From contig CAVOID010000012.1 of NCBI GenBank assembly GCA_963695875.1, positions 64,815-128,814 of the forward strand: 64,000 bases of DNA. Direction: 5' to 3'. Below the pieces are notes generated by a model. The model searched no databases. It saw nothing but the letters and a program-made list of their open reading frames with translations, and was not told the origin of the DNA. Source of the DNA: an uncultured delta proteobacterium. Its GTDB lineage: Bacteria > Desulfobacterota > Syntrophia > Syntrophales > UBA2185. Below, piece after piece: positions 39,578-51,435 of this stretch. The position numbers were made by a program, and so were the translations under genes. Position 1 is the stretch's first letter, and every line of letters starts with the position of its first letter.

Positions 39578-42500
39578 TCAATTTGCGATCAGGTTTTTGC
39601 ACAGGAATTCGATCGCGCTTTTTGCCGGCCTGTCTCTGTAAATTCCCGAATGAGATCCGATTTCCGGATGCACGCCCCGCAGAAATATATAAAACACACC
39701 TCCAAAATGTGTTTCATATTCATAATCGGATAAGCGAGCCTTCAAGTACTGGTGAAGGGCAACGACATAGAGATGGTACTGTAGGAAGTAAAGATCATCC
39801 CGCATGACTTCCATAAGCGCCTCTGTCCCATAGTCTTCGATGGATGCTCCCAGGAAGTTTGATTTCCAGTCAACAAGGAAGAAGCGACCATCAAACCGAA
39901 AGACAAGGTCCATGAACCCCTTCATGAACCCTCTTACTGGCTGGAAATTGAGCCTTCCGATCCTTTCGGGAAAAGACGAAGGGGACGATATACCGCTTCC
40001 AATGAAGATGTTCCGCAGTATATCCGGCGTCAGTCTGTTCAGGGGGAAGTAGAACTCAAGCTCGCTGAGGCGGTCCTCTTCGCGAATTGCGGACAGTTTT
40101 AGCCCGGTTATGGAAGGGTGGAGGGGCATGTTGACAACTGCACCGATCATCAGGCGGACCGTTTCCTGCCATTTCAGATCAAAACCGTACTCCTTCAATT
40201 TCACGGCTATTAGACTTTCCGTTTCCGGGCCGTCCGGCGCGGTAAAATCGATTTGCTCCAGAATGTCGTGCAGACAATTGCCGGCTTTCGCACCCCTGGG
40301 AAAGGCAAAGATGCCGACAGGCTCTTTTTGATATGGCATTTCCGCGGATGCAGTTCCGCTGTCACGGTCCGGCAGATCCGATATGACATCGGGCGGGCAT
40401 TACCGGCGTTGCTGTGCGCTCCGAAAGCAGATATGAGAAACTGGCAATGCGCCTGTCCCGGTCGACGATTCCGGAAAATGTACCGGCAGGTAAGTATGGC
40501 GACAGGTTCAGCGGGAGGCGCCAAGGTTTCGCCAGACGGTTCAGGCATATCGTACAGGCTGATCGCGCCTTCTGACTTTGATGCAATCCTTGCCAGGTCA
40601 CCTTGGATATCTGCGTCCGACAGCTTTAAAAATTTCTCTTCTGTCGCCTCCACGATACGCGATGAATCATTGACGGGCGTATGAAGGATATAGGCAAGGG
40701 ACGACGTGCCTGCATCTTTGAAGGGTCCCCACACGAGGTAGCAGCGGTTTTTTGCGCGGGTGACAGAAACATAGAGGAGCCGGATATTCTCCGCGAGATT
40801 TTCCCTTTCCGCCAGCGTTTTGTCGAAAACGGCGTCCGGATCAAGGACAAGGTTCAGCCGCCAGTCGTCGTCCGGATCGTGATAGGTGAATTCCTTCTTT
40901 CCTGCTTTTGAATCTCCCCAGTTGAAGGGGCAGAAAACGACGGGATATTCCAGCCCCTTGCTCTTGTGGATAGTGACGATCCTGACGGCACTGTCGTCGC
41001 TTTCGAGACGGAGTTCGTATTCTTCAGACCGCAGAGCGTCCGGATCCCGCTGACAGGCAAGCCATTTAATCATGCCGGAGATTCCCAGCTTTCTTTCGAT
41101 GGATTCCGTATGGAGAACCTCCGTGAGGTGAAGGATGTTCGTCAGGCGACGCTCGCCGTCGGGAAACGTGAGAAGACGTTCGCGGACATTCTCATTCGAA
41201 AGGAAATATCGGAACATCCCGATGAAGCCGTGCCGTTCCCAGAGGGCATTATATTCCTGAAATCGAGTTAACCATTTTTCCCATTCGGCTTCGTTTATGC
41301 TGAGCGATTCCAGTGTTTCCCCGTTCAACCCCAGCATGTCTGTCGTTAGAGCAATCCTGATGAGGCTTTCGGAATGGGGCTCCGCGACAGCGGCAAGGAG
41401 ACGTTCCATCTCCAGTGCTTCATGGGTGTCAAAAAGGTTGCCCGTGCTGTGCAGTACGCTGTGGATGTTTAAGTGATGCAGGGCCTCCTGGATGAGACGG
41501 GCCTCGCGGTTTTCTCTGACCAGGATGGCGATATGGCTTTCAGAGAGCGGTTCGGCGCCTATTATCGCCTTTTCTTCCCTGCCAAGCCGAAGAAGACGGG
41601 CGATTTCGGAAGCGACGGCTCTCACGATAATATTGGCGGTCATACCCTGGTTGGTTTTTGCACCTGCCGCTTCCAGTCGGGCGCCGCTCAGGAACCAGAT
41701 ATGAAAAGGCTCTTCGCGTCGTTCGCAAACAGTGAGTAAGCTCCGGTCCTTTACATCTCCTGCCGCTGCCTTTTCAAAGGGAACCTCTTCATAAAGAAAA
41801 GCGTCCTTCTTCGGGTTTGAGAAGATGGTGTTGACCGCGCGGACAAGGTCCGGTTCAGAACGCCAGTTGTTCGTGAGCGTATGGCGAGAATCGACGTGCC
41901 GGGAGGCCCGCATGTACGCGAAGAGATCCGCCCCGCGGAAACTGTATATGGATTGTTTGGGGTCGCCGATGAAAAAGAGGGGCGCACCTCCACCTCCAAA
42001 GATATTCTGAAAAATGGCGTACTGAACCTGGTCCGTGTCCTGGAACTCATCTATGAGGGCGGCATGGTAACGTTCCCTGATATTGCGGACAAGATCTCTG
42101 CCGCCTGGTCTCTCCAGGGCCTCCCGGAGGTTGATGAGGAGATCGTCAAAGGACTGGATGTTTCGCGTCTGTTTTCTTTTCCGGAGTTCCTCCCGCAGGT
42201 AGCGGAATATGTCCGTTTTGAGGAAAAGGAGTTGTCCTTCGATTTCAACCTGAAGCTCACGGGCCCTCACCAAGAGTTCCTCGCAGTCATCAGAGAAAGG
42301 GTGTTCGGGGGTAGATTTTCCTTTGTTAGTTCCTGCTTTCAGTCCGGAGGATGTGAATTTGTCAAAGCCTTTAAAGAGCGGTAAAGATGCTTCCGAATCC
42401 GCATAGCCGTCCATTGCGGCGGCAAGGATATTCGGGTTTTTGTATTTAGTTTTACTTAAGCCGGGATTTTTGAGTAACACCAGAATGTCCTCACGGGAGC

Positions 42501-43179
42501 TCTTCCAGGCCGAGAGCACCCTCTCATGCGCCCTTCTGAAAGAGGGCAGTGCATCAAGGCAAACGGAAGATGCCGGAGGAATGATCCTCATGTCGGGGTT
42601 GGAAAATTTGCCTTTGGTCAGGGCCAAAAAAAATTGAGGCTTAATGTTATTCTTCAGGGCATACGATACAAATTCCCGTGGTGCATCATAAAAATGCTTT
42701 CGCCAAAAGTCCTGAACGATCTCACTATGCAGGGCCCGTTCATCCGGAACAAGTTCTGTATCAAAGAGTCCCATGCTCTCGAAGGAGTTTTCATGGAGAA
42801 CACGCTGGCAGAAACCATGAATTGTATAGATAGGTGCCTCGTCGAAATCCCTCAGTGCCGCCCTCAGAATGCGCAGTTTCTCCTGGTGAAGGGAAGAGCA
42901 CTTGACCAGACCGTGCAGAAATGGGTCTTCGTGTCCACCTTTTGTAAAAGCATCAATTGCCGCACGGATTGTCCGGCGGATGCGGTCGCGCAGTTCCTCT
43001 GTCGCTGCGACCGTGTAGGTGACGACGAGGATATCGCTGACGGACAGACGCTTTTCCAGGAGGAGGCGGAGAAATATCCCGGCAATAGCGTATGTTTTTC
43101 CGGTTCCGGCGCTCGCCTCGATCAGATTTGTTTTTTCGAGGGCGCTTTTCAGAAGATCAAAATTATGGGATTCCTTCAT
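39578..43179 (-). CDS. recB: Exodeoxyribonuclease V beta subunit; two apparent frameshifts (~40480, ~40395)
   Basis: IEASAGTGKT, TIHGFCQ, IDEFQDTD, GDPKQSIYSFRGAD, TIHKSKGLEY, LYVSVTRA; nuclease domain GFMDLVF...DWKSN...LQYHLY. Confidence 0.95.
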
Positions 43180-43180
43180 T

Positions 43181-46100
43181 TTATTTGACAGGCTCCTCGT
43201 ATCTCAACATGGGTTCGAATACGGCCCTGGCCAATTCCCGAAATTCGGCATCCAGCGGGTCGATCTGCCCGAAGCACAGATTATAGTAAGAATCTTCTTT
43301 TTCCGGATATTGATAGGCGTTCCATTTGCCTTGGGCTGTTCTCATCGCTTTTTCCGGGTCTGTACCTTTCGCTGCTTGTTCGGCATAGGCCAGAGAAGAT
43401 TCAGGAAAGAAATGAAGTGGTTTCCGGAGGCCCTTCCAATAAATGTTCAGAAGCATCAGGAGGTACGCTTCCGAATCTTCCATCGGGGAATACCGGAACG
43501 TCCTGTCTTCGCAGATAAGGATCGTCTGTCGAACCGCCGCATGTTCGCGGAGAAGATTGAGGACGAGGTGAGAAATCCAGGCTCTTAGGCGGTCACGGCC
43601 TTTAACCTTCGCAAGGCGGTAGGAGACCAGCGCCTCGGGATAAACGTTGATGAGCCTTCCCGTCAGGTGAAAATCGCCAACGGCTATGTCTACAGCAATG
43701 GGTTCTCTCCGCCCTCCTTCGATATGAGGATGAATCTTCCTGATAAAATCTCTGGTCGAAGTGCACAGGTCGTCATAGCAGCACACGCCGGGTGATCCAT
43801 GCGGCAGCCTTCCCGATGACAGCATGAGGGGATACGCATCACGGAGCGGTTCTTCCTCAAGTCCCCTGGCGACAAGCTCCTGCCTCATATGGTATTCTTC
43901 CAGTTTGTTCAGCTCAAAAGGTTCGCTCTCATCCATGACGGCAGGTTCTTCATGGAGGTGGATGCCCAACCGGCTTCTGAGAATAAATCTCGCCGGATTT
44001 GAGAAAAAGTATGCAAATGATTCGAGCTCTATTGTTTTCCATTCCTCTTCGGGCTCGGAAAGGCCGGATGGTATGTATGTATGGGGCTCCCTGCGGCACG
44101 ATACGGCGCTCTGCGCCGCCTCAAGATTCTCCGCGGAATAGCTGAAAAGCCCCCCAACACCTTCAAAATAAGCGGGGCTGAACGCTTGGAGGCGATGGTG
44201 AACGACAATTCCTTCCCTGAGGGCTTTGCCGAATCCTTCTTCGATATAATCCAGGAGTTCGCTCACGAGCACCGATGGGGGACGTGGACTGTTATCTTTC
44301 ATGCTCTGACCGACATAGCTGATATGGAGCTTCTGTCGTGCCGACAAGATGGCTTCGAGAAAGAGATAGCGGTCGTCCATGCGGCGCGAGCGGTCACCAA
44401 TACGAGGAGAGGCGGCCATAAGGTCAAATCCGAGCTTGCGCGATTGCCGTGGGTAAGAGTCATCGTTCATGCCGATCAGGCAGATGACTTTGAAGGGGAT
44501 GCTCCGCATGGGGAGGATGGTGCAGAAAGTCACACCGCCGGTGAGGAAACCGGCGCCGAATCCTCTCTCTTTCAGACTTTGCCTGAGCCAGGCTTTAATC
44601 ACGTCCATGCCTACTTTTTCCGCGAATCCGGATGAGGCCTGTATGTCCGGGAGGTCATGAATAATGCGCCTGATTGCCTGTACATCTCTCAACTGATTTT
44701 CGTCATCGGAAAAGAATGCTTCAAGGATCTCGAGGAGATAATCGCCCCATTCGTGGAGAGTTTTCCTCTCTCCTAGAATCGCGGCGCACCGGAAAAGCAT
44801 TTCCGTGAATTGCAAAAAATGACCGAGGACTTCCGTGCTTCCCCCTGCGATTTCGTTGAATGGAAGGATACCCATAAAAAGCTCATCTTCAGAGTCGGCG
44901 GGGGAGCCGGTGGGCATTGCATACCCGAGTAGCATCCTGTCGAGACCCGCCCGCCATGTGTTTGAGGAATACGCGGGCAGATCCATCGTTTCTTTGCTTT
45001 GGGCATCAATTCCCCAGCGGATGCCGGTTTCCCGAATCCAGTGATGAATGAGCGCTAGGTCTTCTTCGGAGAGAACAAATTTGGCTCGCACCGCATCCGC
45101 TTCCAGAATATCGAGAACTCCGGAGACGCCGAAACGGCTTCCCGCCAAGTCTAAAAGCCTGAGAAATGTATCAATGAGGCTGCTTTCACTAAGGAGTCCT
45201 CTGTCGGCAATGGTGAAGGGAAGCCACCGCGAATCATCAGGAGGGATGGAAAAGACGGCCTGGATGAATGGTGCGTAAAGCTCAATGTCCGGGATCATGA
45301 CCAGGACATCGTCAGGACAAATGTGGGGGTTATCGGCAAAAAGGGCAAGTAGCGAGTCCTGCAACACCTCAATTTCCCGCAGGGGACTGTGGCAGGAGTG
45401 AACCTCGAGTGAGCCGTCAGTCTCAGAAAAGGGGAGGTTGACATGTGCCTCTCCTTTCCCTTAAATTCAGGATATCGGACTGGATCGCGGCAAGGAGCGA
45501 ATCTTCGCCCGGGTCTTCGAATTCCGGAACTTCTTCGCACTGAATCTCACCGATCATATGAAAGAATTCCCGGCCGAGGGCGCCCATGGAGGCAAGGAGG
45601 CGATTGCCCGCTTCCAGATACAGTTCATCCGGGAGAACATCCCTGCCTTTCCGTCCAGTGATAAAACGGTTCATTTCCCGGTCGGAAACAATGTCTCCCC
45701 AGAATTCCCTGCAGGGGTTCATGAGAAAGAGATTGACGTCGATCACGGATGAAAGGACTTCGAGAATCTGAATGTGGAATGGAGGAAGCGCGGAGATGCC
45801 GAAAATGGAAATTCTCTCATGAGCGATTTTGAGTTCTATAGGTGAATCCCGCATGGCCCGGACGAAAGCATCATGGAGTGCTGCTCGATGAATCTTCCCT
45901 TTCTCTTTGGCCAGTTCCCGCCATAGTATTGCCTGCCAGTTATTTTCAATGCCCCGGTCCCACCTGAGAATCATGTCCGGTCTGAAAAGCAGGTACTGGT
46001 CAAACAGATCGGCGACCCTTACGGAGAGCTGAAAATGTTTAAGATCGTATTTGCCGTCTCCCAGGTAGGCTTTAATGGCCTCAAATCCGGGATTGTCAAA

Positions 46101-46409
46101 CAGGGATGGGAGGACGCGCATGATGTCCCATGACATGATCTTGGGTTCGTATGGTGAATGATCGGGTATATCCGGGAATAGTTCCCGGAAGAGGCTGTGG
46201 ATGAAATGAATCGGATAGGGGAAGCGGACATTTGCGCAAATGCCGTGGCGTCTTGCCAGCTCCATGGAAAGCCAGCGCTCCATACCTTTGCTCTGGACGA
46301 GGATAATTTCACTCGCAAGCGGTTGTTTCAGGGGAGACTTCAGGACATCCGAAAGATGCTCCGCCAGAATTTCCATCCGGTTGCTTGTATATAGCTTTAA
46401 GCCCGGCAT
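43181..46409 (-). CDS. recC: Exodeoxyribonuclease V gamma subunit; apparent frameshift at ~45445
   Basis: YTSNRME, VQSKGMERWL, FDQYLLFRP, NPCREFWGDI, HSCHSPLREIEVL, PMRSIPFKV, DRYLFLEA. Confidence 0.95.
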
Positions 46410-46434
46410 GAATATATTTCCTGAAATGTGGCGT

Positions 46435-46884
46435 TTACTTTTTCTTCAGTTTAAAATAATCCGAAAGAATATCTTTATGGTCAAACACAATAGGGGAGGG
46501 TAGATTATCACTTGTAAATATACCAACCTCAGCGGCATCATCCGCTGCAAATGGGTTTCCACGTGCCCTTGCAATATAAACAGTGGAGATAGCGTGGTTG
46601 CGGGGATCTCTATCCGGCCTTGAGTATGTGTGCAATTGCCTGATTAGTTTTACATCGAGCCCGGTTTCTTCTTTCGCTTCTCTTATTGCAGCATCCTCTA
46701 GGGATTCCCCATAGTCAACATAACCGCCCGGAATGGCCCATCCGATCGGGAAATTCTTCCTCCTGATCAGGAGAATGCCCTTGCCATGCAGTTCTATAAT
46801 GATATCGACGGTTGGGAGGGGATTCAAGTAACCTTCAATTTCCGCTCCACAGTTAGGGCATTTCTTTTTTGTTTTGATAGCCAT
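46435..46884 (-). CDS. NUDIX hydrolase
   Basis: Nudix box [36 protein letters not shown]. Confidence 0.92.
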   Translation of the reverse strand: MAIKTKKKCPNCGAEIEGYLNPLPTVDIIIELHGKGILLIRRKNFPIGWAIPGGYVDYGESLEDAAIREAKEETGLDVKLIRQLHTYSRPDRDPRNHAISTVYIARARGNPFAADDAAEVGIFTSDNLPSPIVFDHKDILSDYFKLKKK

Positions 46885-46960
46885 AGTACTACAGAATGGA
46901 AATCTGCACATCATTCGGCATACGTGCAGACAATTCGGTATCCCCGGCGGGATTAGCATT

Positions 46961-46986
46961 GGGGACAGGCAAGACGCCTGTCCCAC
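46961..46986. repeat. GTRG-type REP hairpin
   Basis: Minus strand GTGGGACAGGCGTCTTGCCTGTCCC. Confidence 0.65.
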
Positions 46987-47036
46987 CACTATAGACTTTT
47001 ACTGAACTGAATTTCTTTTAGCCGGAAGACAGGCAA

Positions 47037-48833
47037 TTACTTCTTCTTTTTTAACAATCTGTTCTCGAGGGCGATCAACTCGTCTTTGAGACCCTGCGGG
47101 AGTCTATCACCGAACTGGCTGTAATGCTTCTTGATGCTTTCAACCTCTCTAAGCCAGTCATTAGTATCTACCTTAAGAAGTTCGGCCATATCGGCATCGG
47201 ATATGTTAAGACCGGAAGTATCAATAGCGCCGGGAGCTGGTACATAGCCGATAGGTGTCTCCACGGCTTTCCCTGTTCCTTCGATCCTTTCGCAAATCCA
47301 TTTGAGGACGCGGCTGTTTTCACCATAGCCGGGCCATAGCCACTTGCCGTCAGGCGTCCTGCGGAACCAGTTCACGTAAAAGATTTTGGGAAGCTTATTT
47401 TTATCTGCCTTCTTCCCCATTTCCAGCCAGTGTTTGAAATAATCGCCCATGTGGTAGCCGCAGAAGGGAAGCATTGCAAAGGGATCTCTGCGTAACTCGC
47501 CTACCGTTCCGGCTGCGGCTGCGGTCTTTTCTGAGCTGGCAATGGAACCCATGAATGTGCCGTGCTGCCAGCTGAAGGCCTCATGCACGAGGGGGACGAT
47601 AGTGGCGCGGCGACCGCCGAATAAAAATGCGGATACGGGAACGCCCTTGGGATCCTCCCAGGAGGGATCGATCACCGGGCACTGACCTGCCGGAGCGGTA
47701 AAGCGCGCATTGGGATGTGACGCTGGACGTCCGGAACCTGGCGTCCATGGCTGGCCTTTCCAGTCGGTAAGATTTGGCGGAGGTTGCTTTGTCATCTCTT
47801 CCCACCAGACGTCGCCATCAGGCGTCAATGCGACATTGGTAAAGATGGAATTCTTTGTCATGCTCAGCATTGCGTTCGGGTTGGAATCCATGGATGTACC
47901 GGGTGCAACACCAAAGAAACCGTATTCGGGATTGATGGCGTGTAATCTTCCGTCATTTCCGAATTTCATCCAGGCAATATCGTCTCCCACGGTCTCTGCC
48001 TTCCATCCGGGAATCGTTGGTATCAGCATGGCGAGGTTGGTCTTTCCGCAGGCGCTGGGGAAGGCACCGGTGATAAAGTGTTTTTTGCCTTGCGGGGAGG
48101 TGAGCCCCAGTATCAGCATATGTTCCGCCATCCATCTCTCGTCGCGCGCCATTACCGAAGCAATACGCAGAGAAAAGCACTTCTTGCCTAAAAGAGCGTT
48201 CCCGCCGTAACCACTTCCGAATGACCAGATTTCCCTCGTATCGGGGAAATGGACGATGTATTTTTGGTCATTATTGCAAGGCCAGAATACATCCTTTTCT
48301 CCCGGCTTAAGGGGCTTGCCGACGGAGTGCAGGCAGGGGACAAAATTTCCATCCTTACCCAGAATGTCCAGAACGGCTTTTCCCATGCGCGTCATGATTT
48401 TCATGCTGCAGACGACGTATGGCGAATCGGTTATTTCTATACCGATATGTGCAATATTTGACCCTAAAGGCCCCATGCTAAAAGGAATAACATACATCGT
48501 TCGACCCCTCATGGATCCGCTGAAAAGGCCTGTAAGAATCTTTTTCATCTCTTCAGGGTCGTACCAGTTATTGGTGGGCCCGGCATCCTCTTTCTTTTTT
48601 GGACAGACAAAGGTCCGTTCCTCGACACGCGCCACATCGGCAGGATCTGATTTAGCGTAGTAACAGTTTGGCCTCTTACTCTCGCTCAGCTTGATGAACG
48701 TACCGGACTTAACCATGAGCTCAGCAAGCTCATCGTATTCTTTCTGTGATCCGTCGCACCAGTGGACACGATCCGGCTTGCACATGTCGGCCATGTCTTT
48801 CACCCATTTAATAAGTTTCTGATTTGATGTCAT
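47037..48833 (-). CDS. pckG: Phosphoenolpyruvate carboxykinase (GTP)
   Basis: [59 protein letters not shown]. Confidence 0.97.
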   Translation of the reverse strand: MTSNQKLIKWVKDMADMCKPDRVHWCDGSQKEYDELAELMVKSGTFIKLSESKRPNCYYAKSDPADVARVEERTFVCPKKKEDAGPTNNWYDPEEMKKILTGLFSGSMRGRTMYVIPFSMGPLGSNIAHIGIEITDSPYVVCSMKIMTRMGKAVLDILGKDGNFVPCLHSVGKPLKPGEKDVFWPCNNDQKYIVHFPDTREIWSFGSGYGGNALLGKKCFSLRIASVMARDERWMAEHMLILGLTSPQGKKHFITGAFPSACGKTNLAMLIPTIPGWKAETVGDDIAWMKFGNDGRLHAINPEYGFFGVAPGTSMDSNPNAMLSMTKNSIFTNVALTPDGDVWWEEMTKQPPPNLTDWKGQPWTPGSGRPASHPNARFTAPAGQCPVIDPSWEDPKGVPVSAFLFGGRRATIVPLVHEAFSWQHGTFMGSIASSEKTAAAAGTVGELRRDPFAMLPFCGYHMGDYFKHWLEMGKKADKNKLPKIFYVNWFRRTPDGKWLWPGYGENSRVLKWICERIEGTGKAVETPIGYVPAPGAIDTSGLNISDADMAELLKVDTNDWLREVESIKKHYSQFGDRLPQGLKDELIALENRLLKKKK

Positions 48834-49003
48834 TGCCAGCCTTCCTTCTTAGTAAAGATAACTAATCGTATTTTGCATAACACATTAGCAAATCGCCCTT
48901 GAGACCTTCTTCTTCGGATAAGGAATGAGATTGCCGATGATATAGGAGACTAAAGGTTTTCAGTGATCGCGATTTCAGCAAGTGCCTAAATTAAAACTAA
49001 AAG

Positions 49004-49032
49004 AGTATAGAGAAGAGGTTTTTTTGTGTCAA
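49004..49032 (-). promoter_or_regulatory. Sigma-70 promoter for pckG
   Basis: Minus strand TTGACA-N17-TATACT. Confidence 0.7.
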
Positions 49033-49243
49033 GAGGAAAAGCATTTTCTCAAAATGTGATCAATACTCTCGATACATAGATTACATATGACAGTGATTTT
49101 GGGTATTTACTATAGCGACAAACATAAAATAATCCGTGATATTAATAATATAAAAGTTCAGAGGTTTAAAGAAAATAGTAAAGTCAGCCGATAACGAAAT
49201 TACGGTTGTTTTGATGCTGATCGCATCATTCCAAGGAGGGAAT

Positions 49244-49492
49244 ATGTCGACTGTGTTAAGAGTATGCAGTGGAGAAAGGTGCAATTACGAGGTAATCGGT
49301 TGTAGCAATTGGGAAAATCGAGAAAAATGGGATTGCGTAATATGTGAACGAAAAAGGCCGAGTTACTATGAAACGTGTTCCTGGAGTCCCTGGGGAGGCA
49401 GGAAAAAGAAAGCCAATCTGCCTGAAAATATAATTGAAGATATATGTTATTATTGCAAGAATCTTTCCGGCCTGCTGTTTCAACCTGTTTGA
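49244..49492 (+). CDS. Small Cys-rich hypothetical protein (82 aa)
   Basis: Strong RBS AAGGAGG; 8 Cys including two CxxC. Confidence 0.55.
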   Translation: MSTVLRVCSGERCNYEVIGCSNWENREKWDCVICERKRPSYYETCSWSPWGGRKKKANLPENIIEDICYYCKNLSGLLFQPV

Positions 49493-49538
49493 TCAAGATA
49501 AATAACAGGCCATGAGCAAAGAACTTCTGAAAAGAGCC

Positions 49539-49567
49539 TTGACAATTATGGGGCAATAAATTAGCTT
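49539..49567 (+). promoter_or_regulatory. Sigma-70 promoter for the EIIA gene
   Basis: TTGACA-N17-TAGCTT, about 30 nt before the ATG. Confidence 0.6.
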
Positions 49568-49597
49568 ACGCACCGGACGAAGACTTTTTGGAGACTA

Positions 49598-50008
49598 ATG
49601 ATGATCGGTGTTCTTATAACAACCCACGGCAATCTGGGGAATGAATTGATAAAGGCAGCTGAGCTGATTAAAGGGACATTAGAAGGGGTAAGCTCAGTCT
49701 CTGTTGATCAGAAAAAGGCGATGGAGGAGATAAAAAAGGAAATAAGCTCATCCATTAAGAAGCTTGATCGTGGCCAGGGAGTATTGATACTTACAGATCT
49801 CTTCGGTGGTACACCTTCAAATATTTCTCTGTCTTTTCTTAAAGAAGGGAAATTGGAGGTCGTAACCGGTGTTAATCTACCGATGATGCTCAAGCTTTAC
49901 GATAAGAGGCAGGAAATGAATCTTAAAGACTTTGCCTTTTATATCAAGGACTATGGAAGGAAAAACATATATTTAGCGAGTGAGGTATTGAGTAAGCAGA
50001 TCGTGTAG
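49598..50008 (+). CDS. PTS mannose/fructose-family EIIA component
   Basis: IGVLITTHG, LTDLFGGTPSN, VTGVNLPM. Confidence 0.93.
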   Translation: MMIGVLITTHGNLGNELIKAAELIKGTLEGVSSVSVDQKKAMEEIKKEISSSIKKLDRGQGVLILTDLFGGTPSNISLSFLKEGKLEVVTGVNLPMMLKLYDKRQEMNLKDFAFYIKDYGRKNIYLASEVLSKQIV

Positions 50009-50125
50009 AAAATCATCTCATATTCAAAATATCATAAAAGTTCTGGCACGAACTAAAAAACATGGCTTAATTCCATGGCATTGCCCTCCACATTGTATTC
50101 CTTAGCGTATACAAACCACAGCCAG

Positions 50126-50617
50126 ATGAATAAACAATCACTTGAAATTACAAGAATGGCGATGGATGATATCAATGAAATATTATCCATCGAAAATTCC
50201 TTATTTCCTGTGCCATGGTCACAGGATGTGTTCATGCGGGAACTTCAATTACCGATATCCCGCAATCTTGTGGCGAAGATATCTAAGGATATTCTTAATG
50301 AGATTGCGGGATATATGACTTATTGGGTCCTTCCGGGAGAGGCTCACGTTCATAAAATTGCGGTAAGAAAGGATTTGCAGAGATCGGGAGTTGCCTCAAA
50401 ACTCATGGCAGAGATGATCAGACTTTCCTGTGAAGAAGGCGCTTCGTTTTGCATACTCGAGGTAGGTCAGTCTAATGAAGGCGCGAAAAAATTATACGAA
50501 AAATTTGGTTTTACGGTTACGGAAGTAAGGTCAAAGTATTATGCTGAATCCGGAGATGATGCCTTGGTTATGTGTGCAGAACTGAAAAAATGTCTGCAAA
50601 TAAAGTATCAAGCATAA
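50126..50617 (+). CDS. rimI: Ribosomal-protein-alanine N-acetyltransferase
   Basis: IE..LFPVPWS, EAHVHKIAV, LEV..SN..A..LYEKFGF....R.KYY...DDALVM. Confidence 0.85.
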   Translation: MNKQSLEITRMAMDDINEILSIENSLFPVPWSQDVFMRELQLPISRNLVAKISKDILNEIAGYMTYWVLPGEAHVHKIAVRKDLQRSGVASKLMAEMIRLSCEEGASFCILEVGQSNEGAKKLYEKFGFTVTEVRSKYYAESGDDALVMCAELKKCLQIKYQA

Positions 50618-51435
50618 AGAATTATCTTATCATGCACGGAAAAGTTGTTAAAAACACACAAATAAACACCGGGCATTTTCTGCTCTCTGTGAAACTGCCT
50701 GGAGCATTTCAGACACCTGTGCCTGGACAGTTTGTCATGGTGCGAGAGGAAGGGCGCAGTTACCCTCTCCTGGGAAGACCATTTAGTGTTTACAGTATTG
50801 ATCGCAGGAAGGGAACAGTAAAAGTTGAGATATTGTATAAGGTAGTCGGGAAAGGAACTGTGTTTCTATCAAGGCTCAAAAGGGGTGATCTATTGGAAAT
50901 ATTCGGACCGTACGGTCGCGGATTTGAAATTTTTCCGCAAGTTGGAAAGGTCGTCCTCATATGTGGAGGAATCGGGGTCGCTCCCATTGCGTTTCTGGCG
51001 TCACATTACAGAAGGCTCGTCGATATCAGGAACGTCGAGCTTATTTGCTATTATGGTGCAAAAAGCACGGAAAATCTCGTTGGACTCGAAAATATCAAAG
51101 GGTATTGTTCCAAAGTTTTCATCAGTACAGACGACGGCTCTATGGGCTATAACGGGTTTGTTACTGAAATGTTCGTAAATGATATATTATCGTATGATCA
51201 GGAAAATACAAAAATTTATGCATGTGGTCATCGACCAATGTTGAAGCGGTTATCAGAACTGCTTATAGGAAATCATCTTTCCTGTCAGGTATTGATCGAA
51301 GAACGTATGGCATGTGGTATTGGAGCCTGCCTCGGCTGTGCAGTGAGGACAAGTGATAAAGAAGGGAAGGGTACATACTTGCGCGCGTGCAAAGATGGAC
51401 CGGTTTTTAATATTCAGGATATTGCATGGGACTAA
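50572..51435 (+). CDS. pyrK: Dihydroorotate dehydrogenase electron transfer subunit
   Basis: PGQF, RPFS, GPYGRGF, GGIGVAP, MACGIGACLGC...C.DGPVF. Confidence 0.93.
   Translation: MCRTEKMSANKVSSIKNYLIMHGKVVKNTQINTGHFLLSVKLPGAFQTPVPGQFVMVREEGRSYPLLGRPFSVYSIDRRKGTVKVEILYKVVGKGTVFLSRLKRGDLLEIFGPYGRGFEIFPQVGKVVLICGGIGVAPIAFLASHYRRLVDIRNVELICYYGAKSTENLVGLENIKGYCSKVFISTDDGSMGYNGFVTEMFVNDILSYDQENTKIYACGHRPMLKRLSELLIGNHLSCQVLIEERMACGIGACLGCAVRTSDKEGKGTYLRACKDGPVFNIQDIAWD

Noticed and set aside
37710..46409. Helicase-nuclease cluster as a novel defence system
   Set aside because: Motifs and order match ordinary recC-recB-recD.
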